Assembly (NCBI GenBank): GCA_902386385.1
Contig: CABMIU010000013.1
Span: 1,667-65,666, forward strand
Length of the DNA stretch: 64,000 nt
Direction of reading: 5' to 3'
Source of the DNA: an uncultured archaeon
GTDB taxonomy: Archaea > Iainarchaeota > Iainarchaeia > Iainarchaeales > Iainarchaeaceae
Shown here: one piece after another, positions 29,757 to 39,982 of the stretch
Position numbering within the stretch: position 1 is the first letter of the stretch
Layout: each line of letters starts with the position of its first letter
The notes under the pieces: generated by a model
What the model saw: only the letters and a program-made list of their open reading frames with translations
Told to the model about the DNA's origin: nothing
The model's database searches: none
Made by a program: the position numbers and the translations under genes

Positions 29757-30707
29757 TTATCCATGCGCCTTGCGGCTTTTGAACCATTCCACGAAAAGCG
29801 GGATTCCTTCCTCAAGGCTTATTTTTGGGCGGTAACCGAGGATTTTCCTTGCCTTTGATATGTCCGCAAGGGTTTCATCCAGGTCTTCCTTCTTACCGGC
29901 AAGGAACTTTATTTTCGCCTTCCTGCCTGTGCTTTTCTCGATGAGTGAAATGAGTTCCCTTACAGAGCGGGCCTCGGAGTTGCCGAGGTTGAATACATTG
30001 AATTTTTCCCCCGAAGAAAGCGCGAGAAAAATGCCTTCGCAGATGTCCGATACATGGGTGAAATCCCTTTTCGCCTTTCCATCGCCATAAACCTCAACTG
30101 CCCGGCCGCCAAGGATGCTGTCAGTGAACCGGTAAACCGCCATGTCCGGCCTTCCGCCCGGGCCATAGGCAGTGAAGAACCTCGTGATTATTATCGGCAG
30201 GCCGTGAACTTGGTGATATGAATACACGAGGCTTTCCATGCCTATTTTGGAGGCGGCGTAGATGCTCCGCGGGCTGGAGGTGCACTGCTTCTCGCTGAAT
30301 GGGACAGGGTTGCCGCTGTATGCGCTCGATGTAGAGGCAACAAGGACTTTTTCTGCATTGATGCGCCTGGCGAATTCAAGCACATTCAGCGTGCCGATTA
30401 TGTTTGTGCGGAGGTAGCCTTCAGGGTCCTGCGTTGATGCCCTCACGCCTGTGCGCGCAGCGAGGTGGGCTATGTGCGTGATTCCCCTGCCATCGAACCT
30501 GCCAAAAATACGCGAATCATTTATGTCACCCTCGATGAATTCGACAAGGCTGCTGCCCTTCAGGGCTTCGAGGTTCCGCTTTTTTATTTCTATGGGATAA
30601 CTAGGGAAAAAATTGTCAACTCCGACAACGGGAATGCCTTTCGAGGAAAGGTGCTTCGCGAAGTTGGAGCCTATGAGCCCAGCCATCCCAGTCACAAGGA
30701 CTTTCAT
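29757..30707 (-). CDS. NAD-dependent nucleotide-sugar epimerase (UDP-glucuronate/UDP-hexose 4-epimerase-like)
   Basis: It has MKVLVTGMAGLIGSNF and an SDR core. The internal ATG at 30707 is preferred. Confidence 0.8.
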   Translation of the reverse strand: MKVLVTGMAGLIGSNFAKHLSSKGIPVVGVDNFFPSYPIEIKKRNLEALKGSSLVEFIEGDINDSRIFGRFDGRGITHIAHLAARTGVRASTQDPEGYLRTNIIGTLNVLEFARRINAEKVLVASTSSAYSGNPVPFSEKQCTSSPRSIYAASKIGMESLVYSYHQVHGLPIIITRFFTAYGPGGRPDMAVYRFTDSILGGRAVEVYGDGKAKRDFTHVSDICEGIFLALSSGEKFNVFNLGNSEARSVRELISLIEKSTGRKAKIKFLAGKKEDLDETLADISKARKILGYRPKISLEEGIPLFVEWFKSRKAHG

Positions 30708-30786
30708 GGATAATACTGCGACAAACCACAATTTAAATTTCGTGGTTCAGGAAACATTGCGAATTTACCGAATAACCGGCGAACAT

Positions 30787-31746
30787 TCACCCGAACGATT
30801 TCAGGTCAACCGGGTCGAGCAGGAATAGAATGAAGCCGGCTGCGGAAACAAGGATGTAACCCGTGAAGAAAAAAATCATGGAAAGCGCCACAGCATGCTC
30901 CGGGCCGATTGAAAAGAACGAAAGCAGGAAAATCAGTGCCGCGTCCCTAGTGCCGATTCCGGAAAAGCTAACAGGGAGAATATCCACGAGCGAAATGACA
31001 GGAAAAATAAGGAGAACAGCCCAAAGCGAAAGGCCAATGGAAATAGACGCCGACAGGGCGAAGAACATCATGGTGCTTATTGTCCAGACAAGCAGGCCAG
31101 CTGCGACTGAAAGCCAGAATTCCTTTTTTGTGACCGAGGATTTTATTGATTTGAAAGCATTTGAAAAGCCTGAGGACAGCCTTGCCTTCTGGCCATCGGG
31201 AACAATCGCGTTGAAAACCGGCCGGAGAATGAGCTTGAGGTATTCCTCGCGGAACATGAGGAACACTCCCGCGGAAAAAACAAGCAATGCGAAAAGCAGC
31301 AGCGCGGGCGGCAGGACAAACACATTGTAAAGCCAGATGAATGAAACAGTTCCGGCAAAGGCAAAGGCAATCAGGATGCCGACATCAACGACACGGTCAA
31401 GGAGCACTGATGCAAGCCCCGCCGCGGTTCCATGAGAGCCCCTGAGGTAAAGCGCCTTCGCAAAATCGCCAAGCTTTCCAGGGGTGATGTTGCCTATGAA
31501 CAGGCCTATTAGAAAAAGGCGCAGCGCTTCAGTGAAAGGTATTCCGCTGCCCATGCTCTGCAGGACAAGCTTCCATTTCAGCGCTTTTGCCGAGACAAGG
31601 CACGCAAGCAGCAGGATGGAAAAAAGGTAGAAAACCGGGTCAGCCCCAAAAATTATTGAAAGCACCTTTGCGGAATCTATGCGCGATAGGATTGCGATAA
31701 AAAGCGCGACACTTGCAAGCGCTAAAAGCCTTTTCAGCAAGCCCAC
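30787..31746 (-). CDS. UPF0104/LPG-synthase-TM-like membrane protein (flippase-like)
   Basis: It has 8 TM helices and GNITPGKLGDF. It is a paralog of the CDS at 2376. Confidence 0.6.
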   Translation of the reverse strand: MGLLKRLLALASVALFIAILSRIDSAKVLSIIFGADPVFYLFSILLLACLVSAKALKWKLVLQSMGSGIPFTEALRLFLIGLFIGNITPGKLGDFAKALYLRGSHGTAAGLASVLLDRVVDVGILIAFAFAGTVSFIWLYNVFVLPPALLLFALLVFSAGVFLMFREEYLKLILRPVFNAIVPDGQKARLSSGFSNAFKSIKSSVTKKEFWLSVAAGLLVWTISTMMFFALSASISIGLSLWAVLLIFPVISLVDILPVSFSGIGTRDAALIFLLSFFSIGPEHAVALSMIFFFTGYILVSAAGFILFLLDPVDLKSFG

Positions 31747-31751
31747 GAATT

Positions 31752-32699
31752 TCAGCCCTTCTTGTCAAAAAATGCCTTTTTCTGGAAATAAAGCGCCTCT
31801 TCCTGCACCTTGCGGTTCCGCTTTATCAGCTCTGCAAGAAGGCCCATCACCATTGCCTCGAAGCCGAGTATGAGAAGGAGGGCTGAGACAAGGGCACTCG
31901 GGATGTAAGGCGAAACCATGCCCGTGTTGAGGAAATGCACAAGCACCCTGAAGCCGAATGCAAAGCCGGCGATGCAGAGCAGCAATCCGAGCGAAAAGAA
32001 CACGCGCAGGGGCCGGTAATTGAGGTATGCAACCATTATCGTGAGACCGACCCTGCGCGCATATGAAAATACGTTTGAAATCAGCCTTGACTTGCCCTCG
32101 CGCTTCCTGAAATCAACAGGCACCTCGGTTACCCTGAGCCTTTTTTCATGTGCCTCAAGTATTGTTTCCTGGGTATAAGTGTAATCCGAAAAAACATTTA
32201 TCCTGAGGGCGGCTTCCCTGGAAAATGCCCTGAACCCGGTCTGGGTGTCAGTGAGCGGCAGCCCGGTAATGGTGCGCATGATGAAAGAAACAGAGAGGTT
32301 CCCTAACCTATTCTGGAGCGGCATGAACTCGATGCTTCCCGCAAAGCGCGAGCCAAGCACGATATCCGCGTTGCCTTCAATTATCGGCTTGACGAGAGCA
32401 GGAATTTGTTTCTGGTTGTACTGGAAATCCGCATCAGTGTTCACTATTATGTCCGCGCCAATTTCCAGGGCGGTTTTCATGCCCCTGGAGAAGGTGAATG
32501 CGAGGCCGCAGTTTTCCATGTTCCTTATTACCTTCGCCCCGGCTTTTTTGGCTTCTTTCCCGGTTGAATCTGTTGAGCCGTCATCTATAACAAGAACTTC
32601 GGTCGAATCGACCCCCGCTATTTTTTCCGGAATCTCGGCTATTACCCTGCTGATTGTGCCCTGCTCGTTGTAAGCCGGGATTGTTATTACGAGCTTCAT
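31752..32699 (-). CDS. GtrB-like GT2 polyprenyl-phosphate glycosyltransferase with C-terminal TM helices
   Basis: ITIPAYNE, VLVIDDGSTDST and NTDADFQ are followed by two C-terminal TM helices. The ATG at 32699 is preferred. Confidence 0.8.
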   Translation of the reverse strand: MKLVITIPAYNEQGTISRVIAEIPEKIAGVDSTEVLVIDDGSTDSTGKEAKKAGAKVIRNMENCGLAFTFSRGMKTALEIGADIIVNTDADFQYNQKQIPALVKPIIEGNADIVLGSRFAGSIEFMPLQNRLGNLSVSFIMRTITGLPLTDTQTGFRAFSREAALRINVFSDYTYTQETILEAHEKRLRVTEVPVDFRKREGKSRLISNVFSYARRVGLTIMVAYLNYRPLRVFFSLGLLLCIAGFAFGFRVLVHFLNTGMVSPYIPSALVSALLLILGFEAMVMGLLAELIKRNRKVQEEALYFQKKAFFDKKG

Positions 32700-32810
32700 G
32701 CTACGATATCGCACAATTTGAATTAAAAAGAATTGCGGGTGGCGGCATTTTGGCACAATATCAATCTAGTGCAAACAAACCAGACAAAACCGAACTATGC
32801 CAATGCCCGG

Positions 32811-34430
32811 TCAATTGCCAGCCTTGAGGTAAACAGTGAATTTTTTGTACGTGAACAAGACAGGATAATCCAGCTTCCCCCGGAAATAATCTGAATTTGC
32901 CGCGACATATTTTACAGGCGCATTGCGAATGCACTCAAAGCAGCCGCCCGCGACTATTTCCTTCTGCTTTTCCATCCTGCCCATCATCTCCGCGTAATCC
33001 GCCCCGGAATAATAAAGCATCCTTACATGGCTCATGCCGTGGCTGGAAGCGGGACTGTAGGAAACCTTGTTCGCGAATTCTGAAATTTTCCCTGAACCCT
33101 GCGAGATTACAAGCACGCTTGAAAGCGAAGGGTCGAATTCCCTGAAAGCCACGGAAAACTCGGATTCTTCATGGCTTATTTTCGAGCCCTGCCTGTAATG
33201 GTTCAGTATCGATGAAGTTGAAAAGAAAAAAAGCGACAGCAGGAGGAGAATGCCAAGTGATGCAGCCAATTTCCTGCCGCCGAGGTTCAGGCGCAAAACG
33301 AATGAAGCTGCCAGGAAGAGCACCGAAAGCAGGGCTACCTCGACCACCTTGCCTGAAAGCATTACCCCCATAAACCCGAGGGCAAAATACAGTGCAATGC
33401 CCGCGCAAAGGGAAACAAGAAGCATTTTCTCCGTCTTCGAAAATTCACTGCGGGCTGCCGCAAAGTATGCCCCCAAAGCAAAGAAAACAACGGATGGCAC
33501 AACGCCTATCCACGGCGGAAGGATTACTGCTGCATTGAAAAAATTATACGGCCCTGTTGAAACATCAAAAGGCTGTTTTGTGTTTCCAGCAATGATATTG
33601 AAAGCTATGGGCGCATAATTCAGGTAAAGTGCCGGGGCAGAGGCAGCAAGCGAGAGGCCGAGAGGCAGGATGGAAAACCTTTCAAGGAACAGGAAAATCA
33701 CGGCAAGGAAAACAACACAATTGAATGCCGCAGCGGGATTTAGGAAAAATATCGCGGGCAGCAGGAGCAGCGGCATTGGGCTTTTCTTCAGAAGGAAGCA
33801 GAATGCGAAAAGCATGAAAGCGGTTGCCATGAGCCAGGAATATTCGCCGTTGTAAAGGTTTTCGAAAACCAGCTTTGTCCCGAAGAAAAGAAAGCCTGCC
33901 ACTAACCCTGCCTTTTCACTCCTGAACAGTTCCCTCGAAAATGCCCAAACACCAAAAAGCTGGAGAACGCCTGCGACAACCCCTATAAGCCAGGCCCACA
34001 GGTAAACCGGCATGGCCGGAAAAACATCAGAAAACGCGTTCACGATAAGAGGAAAGCCGATTTGGTATGAAAAGTTCAGCGGGAAATAAGGGCGATAATC
34101 AAGCGGTATCTTTTCGCCGAGGAGTGAAACAGTCATTGACACCGCGGAATCTGCGCTGGCGGGAAAAAAAGGGGTAATGAGGAGCACAGGGTAGGAAAGC
34201 AATGCCGCAAGAAGCAGGGCGAGGACAAAAGCTTCTTTTGGCAGGGCAAAATCCTCGCGCCAAAGTTTTCCAAAAGCAAAAAAAGAAATAACGACTGAAG
34301 CGGCAAGGCAAAAATACGAGTTGAGCCAGAAAAATCCAGAAAACCCGGAAACAACCATCAGCGCAGGAAAAAACACCAGCAGGAAAAAAACTGCCTTTGA
34401 AAGGAGAACACTCAAGTTTTCGGCTTTCAC
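32811..34430 (-). CDS. Large polytopic membrane protein (possible GtrC-like/GT-C glycosyltransferase or polymerase)
   Basis: The call rests on about 14 TM helices, a C-terminal soluble domain, and operon context with GtrB-like and UPF0104 genes. No diagnostic motif was recognised. Confidence 0.4.
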   Translation of the reverse strand: MKAENLSVLLSKAVFFLLVFFPALMVVSGFSGFFWLNSYFCLAASVVISFFAFGKLWREDFALPKEAFVLALLLAALLSYPVLLITPFFPASADSAVSMTVSLLGEKIPLDYRPYFPLNFSYQIGFPLIVNAFSDVFPAMPVYLWAWLIGVVAGVLQLFGVWAFSRELFRSEKAGLVAGFLFFGTKLVFENLYNGEYSWLMATAFMLFAFCFLLKKSPMPLLLLPAIFFLNPAAAFNCVVFLAVIFLFLERFSILPLGLSLAASAPALYLNYAPIAFNIIAGNTKQPFDVSTGPYNFFNAAVILPPWIGVVPSVVFFALGAYFAAARSEFSKTEKMLLVSLCAGIALYFALGFMGVMLSGKVVEVALLSVLFLAASFVLRLNLGGRKLAASLGILLLLSLFFFSTSSILNHYRQGSKISHEESEFSVAFREFDPSLSSVLVISQGSGKISEFANKVSYSPASSHGMSHVRMLYYSGADYAEMMGRMEKQKEIVAGGCFECIRNAPVKYVAANSDYFRGKLDYPVLFTYKKFTVYLKAGN

Positions 34431-34524
34431 TCAAAACACTCCACGCCCTGAAACAAACGCCACATGCTTTGGCCTTGCCGTCTTTTTTACAATAAATGCA
34501 TTTGTGAGGTAAGCAATATAAACA

Positions 34525-35277
34525 ATGGTTAGCACATACAATTGGGAAAACATGAAATCCGTTCCTGTGAAATCAATTTCCATTGTCCTGCCAACATACA
34601 ACGAGAAAAAAAACATCGAAATTCTCGTGCCGGAAATATCAGAATACCTTGCAAAGTCAAGGGCGGATTATGAAATAATCATCGTGGACGACAATTCGCC
34701 TGACGGCACTTCAGAAACTGCCATGGAACTCTCCAAAAAAAACCGTAAAATAAGGCTCGTGAAAAACACTGAAAAAAAAGGCATTGGCTTCGCCCTGAGG
34801 AAAGGCATTGAGTCGGCAAAAAAAGAAATAATCCTGACAATGGATGCGGACTGCTCGATTAAGCCGCGGGAAATCGGGCTGCTTCTCGCCGAGATTGAAA
34901 AAGGGAATGATTTTGTCGTAGGCTCGAAATACCTCATAGGGGCGGTGTATGAAAAAGGCAATTTTCCGCTCTTTGCAAAAGCCATAATAAGCGAGGCGGG
35001 AAACCGCTACATTTCCATCGTTTCAGGCGTCCCGATAAGGGATTTTTCACTCAATTTCAGGGCGTTCAGAAGGGAGGTAGCGGAGAGCACAAAGCCGGAC
35101 GATAACAAGAATTTTTTCCTGGTGCAGCAGGTGATACAGGCGCACAAAAAAGGGTTCAGCATAAAGGACGTGCCGGTTTCATTCCTTGAAAGGAAATACG
35201 GCGAGTCTAAAACGAAAATATGGGGCCAGTCCTTCAGGTTTTTCTGGGGATGCCTCGCGGAATCATTCCTGAAGTAG
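34525..35277 (+). CDS. GT2 dolichyl/polyprenyl-phosphate sugar synthase (DPM1-like)
   Basis: ISIVLPTYNE, YEIIIVDDNSPDGT and TMDADCS are present. An alternative ATG lies at 34552. Confidence 0.8.
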   Translation: MVSTYNWENMKSVPVKSISIVLPTYNEKKNIEILVPEISEYLAKSRADYEIIIVDDNSPDGTSETAMELSKKNRKIRLVKNTEKKGIGFALRKGIESAKKEIILTMDADCSIKPREIGLLLAEIEKGNDFVVGSKYLIGAVYEKGNFPLFAKAIISEAGNRYISIVSGVPIRDFSLNFRAFRREVAESTKPDDNKNFFLVQQVIQAHKKGFSIKDVPVSFLERKYGESKTKIWGQSFRFFWGCLAESFLK

Positions 35278-35324
35278 ATGGCGGATATTTATAATATCAT
35301 ATATTATACGGCAAAATGGCAGAA

Positions 35325-36275
35325 TCAATTTTGCTTAAGCCCTGCATGCATCCTGCTCCTGAAATAATCTATTGAAATCGCGAGGCCTTCCTCCAGGCTT
35401 GTTTTAGGATGCCAGCCAAGGGTTTTTTTTGCGAGCGAGATGTCCGGCATCCTGCGCTCAGGGTCATCCTGAGGAAGGCCCTCAAACACGATTTTTGACC
35501 CGCTTCCCGCAAGCGAAACCACGAGGTTCGCAAGCTCGAGCATTGTCGTTTCCCTCGGGTTGCCGAGGTTCATCGGCCCCTGCTCCTCTGAGGCCATTAG
35601 CCGGTCAAGCCCGTCCACGAGGTCGGAAACATAGCAGAAGCTGCGTGTCTGGCTCCCGTTGCCATAGACCGTTATCGGCTCGTTGCCCAGTGCCTGGCAG
35701 ATGAAATTAGGAACGACCCTGCCATCGTTAGCGCGCATCTTCGGGCCGTAGGTATTGAATATCCTCGCGATTTTCGCGTCCACGCCGTAAACGCGCCGGT
35801 AGGAGGAGCACATTGCCTCGCCGAAGCGCTTGGCTTCGTCATAGCAGCTGCGCGGGCCTATCGGGTTGACATTGCCCCAGTAGGATTCCTTCTGCGGGTG
35901 CTCGAGGGGGTTTCCGTAAACTTCCGATGTGGAAGCAAAAAGTATCTTTGCATCGCTTTTCCTCGCAAGCTCCAGAAGGTTTTTCACCCCCACGGAGCCG
36001 GCATCAAGTGTCTGTATCGGTTTTTCCTGGTAATCAATTGGCGAGGCAGGTGACGCGAGATTGTAAATGCAGCCGACTTTCGGCGCCCTGAAAGGCTTTG
36101 AAATGTCGGCCTTGACAAAATGGAAATTCTTTTTCTTTGAAAGCGGCAGTATGTTTTCCCTGAAGCCGGTTGAAAGGTTGTCAATGCAGTAAACCGTGTC
36201 ACCCCTTTCAACGAGAAGGCTGCACAAATGCGAGCCAATGAGCCCGGCGCCGCCGGCAACAGCGATTCTTGCCAT
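35325..36275 (-). CDS. uxs: UDP-glucuronate decarboxylase (UDP-xylose synthase)
   Basis: YGNPLEHPQKESYWGNVNPIGPRSCYDEAKR, IARIFNTYGPKMRANDGRVVPNF and GSQTRSFCYVSDLV are present. Confidence 0.85.
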   Translation of the reverse strand: MARIAVAGGAGLIGSHLCSLLVERGDTVYCIDNLSTGFRENILPLSKKKNFHFVKADISKPFRAPKVGCIYNLASPASPIDYQEKPIQTLDAGSVGVKNLLELARKSDAKILFASTSEVYGNPLEHPQKESYWGNVNPIGPRSCYDEAKRFGEAMCSSYRRVYGVDAKIARIFNTYGPKMRANDGRVVPNFICQALGNEPITVYGNGSQTRSFCYVSDLVDGLDRLMASEEQGPMNLGNPRETTMLELANLVVSLAGSGSKIVFEGLPQDDPERRMPDISLAKKTLGWHPKTSLEEGLAISIDYFRSRMHAGLKQN

Positions 36276-36335
36276 GGAAACCAACAGAGCATTTAATATG
36301 GATTTGTTTTTAACCTAACTGTCAGGTGCACGGGA

Positions 36336-36902
36336 ATGGCGGAAGAAGGGCTTCTCACGGGATTTCTGATAAGGCAGAGGAACACGGAAGTCGCAAGGAG
36401 GGTTTCAGGTAAAAGCGTCCTGGACATCGGGTGTGAGCGCGGCTCTCTCAAAAGGTTCCTGCCAAAGGGAATAAGCTACACCGGAATGGACCTGCTCCCG
36501 AGGGAAAAATTCAGGCCTGATTTCGGGTATTTCACCGCTGACATACAGAAAGGTATTCCTGAAGAGCTCCTGTCGAAATTCGACTGCGTGGCCATGGCCG
36601 CGGTTGTGGAGCACCTGACAAAGCCGGAAAAGGCAATGGAAAACTGCTTCAAAGCCCTGATGCCGGGGGGCATGCTAATCATTACAACGCCGACAAAAAG
36701 AGGGGACTGGCTGCACAAGCTCCTCAGCAGGATAGGATTGGTTTCATCAGACGCTGCGGAAGACCACCAAAAAATATTCGAAATGCAGGAGCTTAAAGGA
36801 CTGATTGAAAAAAAAGGATTCAATGTGCTAGAGACATCTGAATTCCAGCTAGGCATGAACCAGCTCGTGGTCGCGGAAAAGCCTGGCAAGTCCAGCAAAT
36901 AA
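36336..36902 (+). CDS. Class I SAM-dependent methyltransferase
   Basis: VLDIGCERG and PGGMLIITTP are present. Confidence 0.6.
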   Translation: MAEEGLLTGFLIRQRNTEVARRVSGKSVLDIGCERGSLKRFLPKGISYTGMDLLPREKFRPDFGYFTADIQKGIPEELLSKFDCVAMAAVVEHLTKPEKAMENCFKALMPGGMLIITTPTKRGDWLHKLLSRIGLVSSDAAEDHQKIFEMQELKGLIEKKGFNVLETSEFQLGMNQLVVAEKPGKSSK

Positions 36903-36909
36903 ATTGATT

Positions 36910-36975
36910 TGCCTTATGTACCCTCGCATAGGGTACGACGTCCGCTTCACCAAGCGGGGCACGCGCTTGCGGCAG
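36910..36975. terminator. Two hairpins (gtaccct-cgcat-agggtac; ccgctt-cacca-agcgg) between convergent genes
   Basis: The inverted repeats are read directly from the sequence. Archaeal terminators are usually oligo-T, so the functional call is weak. Confidence 0.2.
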
Positions 36976-36977
36976 AC

Positions 36978-37718
36978 CTATCCGCCGCTGAATTCTTCCC
37001 TTGCCTTGCCTAGGCTCTCGAAAGAGCCTATGTCGTACCATTTTTCCTTGAAAACAAAAGCAAAAATAGGCCTGTGGCCAGCGAGCCATTTTATGAAATC
37101 CCCTGAGTTGTCCGGCTTGTTCCCGAACTCTATGTACTTCGTGATTTCCTTCACGTCATTGCGAGAAAAGATGTAGCATGCAGTTGCTGCGAGCGTCCCT
37201 TTCGGCTCCTGCGGCTTCTCCTCGAAGCCGATTATTTTCAGGTCATTGCCTGCCTCGACAACCCCGAACTTGCCCCTGACCTCTTCCTTCGAGCCCATGT
37301 CCTTGCACGCGACAACAGAGGCTTTTTTCTGCTGGAAAAATTTATAAAAGTCCGCGAGCTTGTACTCGAAGAGGTTGTCCCCCGCGATTACAAGGAGGTC
37401 GTCATCAATCTTCGCTTCCTGAATCGCATAATGCATGTCCCCGACGGCGCCTTTGCGGTCATCGTTCGATTTTGTCATGTCATCTATAACCTTGACCTTC
37501 AGGCTGTGCTTCTGCTTTTGCGCCCACTCCTCAAAATCAGGGGCGAATTTCTCATTGGTTACGATAAAAACCTCGGAAAGTTCCTTTATTTCACAGAAAT
37601 GCGAGGAAATGTGGTCGATTATTGCCCTGCCCTTCACCTCGAGCATCGGCTTGGGCATGTTTTTTGTCAGGGGCCAGAGCCTCGTGGCGTAACCTGCCGC
37701 AAGAATGAGCGCCTTCAT
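36978..37718 (-). CDS. Sugar-phosphate nucleotidyltransferase (NTP_transferase family)
   Basis: MKALILAAGYATRLWPLTKNMPKPML is the G-x-G-T-R-L-x-P-L-T signature. Confidence 0.75.
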   Translation of the reverse strand: MKALILAAGYATRLWPLTKNMPKPMLEVKGRAIIDHISSHFCEIKELSEVFIVTNEKFAPDFEEWAQKQKHSLKVKVIDDMTKSNDDRKGAVGDMHYAIQEAKIDDDLLVIAGDNLFEYKLADFYKFFQQKKASVVACKDMGSKEEVRGKFGVVEAGNDLKIIGFEEKPQEPKGTLAATACYIFSRNDVKEITKYIEFGNKPDNSGDFIKWLAGHRPIFAFVFKEKWYDIGSFESLGKAREEFSGG

Positions 37719-39007
37719 TGCCGCCCAACCCCAATGTACTTGAAGCCCAAGGCCCTGAGCTTTGCGCTGTCAAGGCAGTTCCTCGCGTCAACAACAAGCT
37801 TTGATTTCATTGCGCGGCCAACCCTGGCGAAATCAAGCTCGAGGAACTCGTTCCACTCCGTGACAAGGACAATTGCGTCCGCGCCATCGGCAGCGGAATA
37901 AACGTCCTTAGCAAAATTTATCTTGCCGAGGATTTTTTTCGCATTCTCCTCCGCCACGGGGTCAACCGCCACAAAATCCGCCTTTTCCCTGCGGAGCGCC
38001 TCAACTATTTCTATCGATGGCGCCTCGCGCATGTCATCCGTGTCAGGCTTGAAGGCGAGGCCGAGGAGGGCTATTTTCTTCCCATTCAGGCTGCCAAGCT
38101 CTGCCTTGAGCTTCCTCACGGCGATGGTTTTCTGCATTGAATTTATCATCTCGGTGCCCCTGAGAAGCACGAAATCATATCCTGCCTCGTGCGCGGTGCG
38201 CTGCAATGCCTTGACATCCTTGGGAAAGCAGCTTCCGCCATAGCCTGAGCCTGCATTAAGGAAGTGCCGGCCTATTCTCCTGTCAAGACCCATTCCCCTC
38301 GCAACTTCTGAAACATCCGCCCCGACCTTTTCGCAAATCGCCGCGACCTCGTTGATGAATGAAATCTTAGTAGCGAGGAAGGCATTTGACGCGTATTTTA
38401 TCATCTCCGCGCTCTCAGGCGAAGTGACAAGGACCTCGCAGTCCAGCGGCCTGTACAAATCCGCGACAGCCCTTGCCGCTTCAGGGTCCGCGGAGCCGAT
38501 TACGACCCGGTCAGGCGCGAGGAAGTCCTTTACGGCGGAGCCCTCGCGCAGGAACTCTGGATTGGAAACAACACTCACCCTGAATTTCCCCTTTGAGGCC
38601 TTTTCAACCATAGCCCTTACCTTTTCGGAGGTGCCGACAGGGACAGTGCTCTTGTCCACGACTATTTTCCACGAGCCCATGTTGCGGCCTATGTCTTCCG
38701 CGGCCTGCATAACATATTTCAAATCAGCCTTGCCGTCATCGGCCTGCGGGGTGCCGACAGCGATGAAAATTATGTCAGAACCCTTTACCGCCTTCGCGGT
38801 GTCGGTCGTGAAGGAAAGCCTCTTTTCGGAAAGGTTCCTCTTCACGAGGTCACCGAGGCCAGGCTCATAAATCGGGATGACACCATTCTCTAGGCTGTGG
38901 ATTTTTTTCCTGTCGATGTCCACGCAAATAACGCTGTTGCCCAGGTCCGCGAAGCATGCTCCCGCGACAAGGCCTACATACCCTGTTCCTATGACTGCTA
39001 TCCTCAT
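37715..39007 (-). CDS. ugd: UDP-glucose 6-dehydrogenase
   Basis: MRIAVIGTGYVGLVAGACFADLGN is present. Three-domain UDPG_MGDP_dh architecture across 430 aa. Confidence 0.85.
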   Translation of the reverse strand: MRIAVIGTGYVGLVAGACFADLGNSVICVDIDRKKIHSLENGVIPIYEPGLGDLVKRNLSEKRLSFTTDTAKAVKGSDIIFIAVGTPQADDGKADLKYVMQAAEDIGRNMGSWKIVVDKSTVPVGTSEKVRAMVEKASKGKFRVSVVSNPEFLREGSAVKDFLAPDRVVIGSADPEAARAVADLYRPLDCEVLVTSPESAEMIKYASNAFLATKISFINEVAAICEKVGADVSEVARGMGLDRRIGRHFLNAGSGYGGSCFPKDVKALQRTAHEAGYDFVLLRGTEMINSMQKTIAVRKLKAELGSLNGKKIALLGLAFKPDTDDMREAPSIEIVEALRREKADFVAVDPVAEENAKKILGKINFAKDVYSAADGADAIVLVTEWNEFLELDFARVGRAMKSKLVVDARNCLDSAKLRALGFKYIGVGRQ

Positions 39008-39199
39008 TATGGAAAACCTGTTAAGGAAAAAAAGGAATTTACACTTAATGTTGGTTCTGCACGGCTTTTAAAGGAATTGGTGGTCCCGGGAATACTTGCC
39101 AAGCCACCAGAAAGGCAATGGAAATGGCCGCTTCTTGGGGCGTGCGACATTTAGGCCAACAGAAAATGTTATTATTGCTTTCCGACCAGATAATGCACC

Positions 39200-39982
39200 A
39201 TGAAAATAAGGCAGGCATTCGTCCTCGCTGGCGGAAAGGGGGAAAGGCTCAGGCCGTCTAATGCCCTGAAAAGCCACCTCACGCCGCTGATTTTGCGCAA
39301 GCAGCTCACGGACGAGATTCCGAAACCCCTTGTCCTTGTCGCCGGCAAGCCGATTTTAGAGTACAACATCGAACTCCTCGCCTCACACGGCGTGAAGGAA
39401 ATAATCCTCGCAACCGGGTACATGCACAATAAAATCGAGGAACACTTCGGCGACGGAAGGAATTTCGGGGTCGAAATAATTTACTCGGAGGAGAAGGAGC
39501 CGCTTGGCACCGGAGGCGCTCTCAAGGCAGCGGAAAATATGCTTGATGAAAGCTTTTTCATGGTGAACGGCGACAACATCGCGGACTTCCACCTTTCGGA
39601 AATGGCGAAAAAACATTTCACGAAAAAGGCGCAGGCCACAATCGCCCTTACAGAAGTGGATGACATTTCCGGTTTCGGTGTAGCGAAAGTTGATGGGGAA
39701 AGGATACTCGAGTTTGTGGAGAAGCCGGAGAAAGGGAAGGAAACTGGCAGGTTCGTGAATGCGGGAACATATGTGATTGAAAAGAAGGCACTGGAGCTCC
39801 TTCCGGAAGGGTTCAGCCTAATCGAGAAGGCGATGTTCCCGCAGCTTGCAAAGGCGGGAAAGCTCTACTGCCACATGCACAAGGGACTCTGGCTTACCAC
39901 GGACACTTTCGAGCGCCTCGAGAGGGCGGAGAACGCCATTATTGCAGGGGCAAAGGCGAACCAAAAAGGATTTAACCAATAA
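39200..39982 (+). CDS. Sugar-phosphate nucleotidyltransferase (NTP_transferase) carrying a 16-aa insertion inside the G-x-R-L-R-P-L-T signature loop
   Basis: The sequence FVLAGGKGERLRP-[SNALKSHLTPLILRKQ]-LTDEIPKPLVLVAGKPIL is interrupted. The remainder is collinear with RmlA/ManC-type enzymes. Confidence 0.7.
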   Translation: MKIRQAFVLAGGKGERLRPSNALKSHLTPLILRKQLTDEIPKPLVLVAGKPILEYNIELLASHGVKEIILATGYMHNKIEEHFGDGRNFGVEIIYSEEKEPLGTGGALKAAENMLDESFFMVNGDNIADFHLSEMAKKHFTKKAQATIALTEVDDISGFGVAKVDGERILEFVEKPEKGKETGRFVNAGTYVIEKKALELLPEGFSLIEKAMFPQLAKAGKLYCHMHKGLWLTTDTFERLERAENAIIAGAKANQKGFNQ

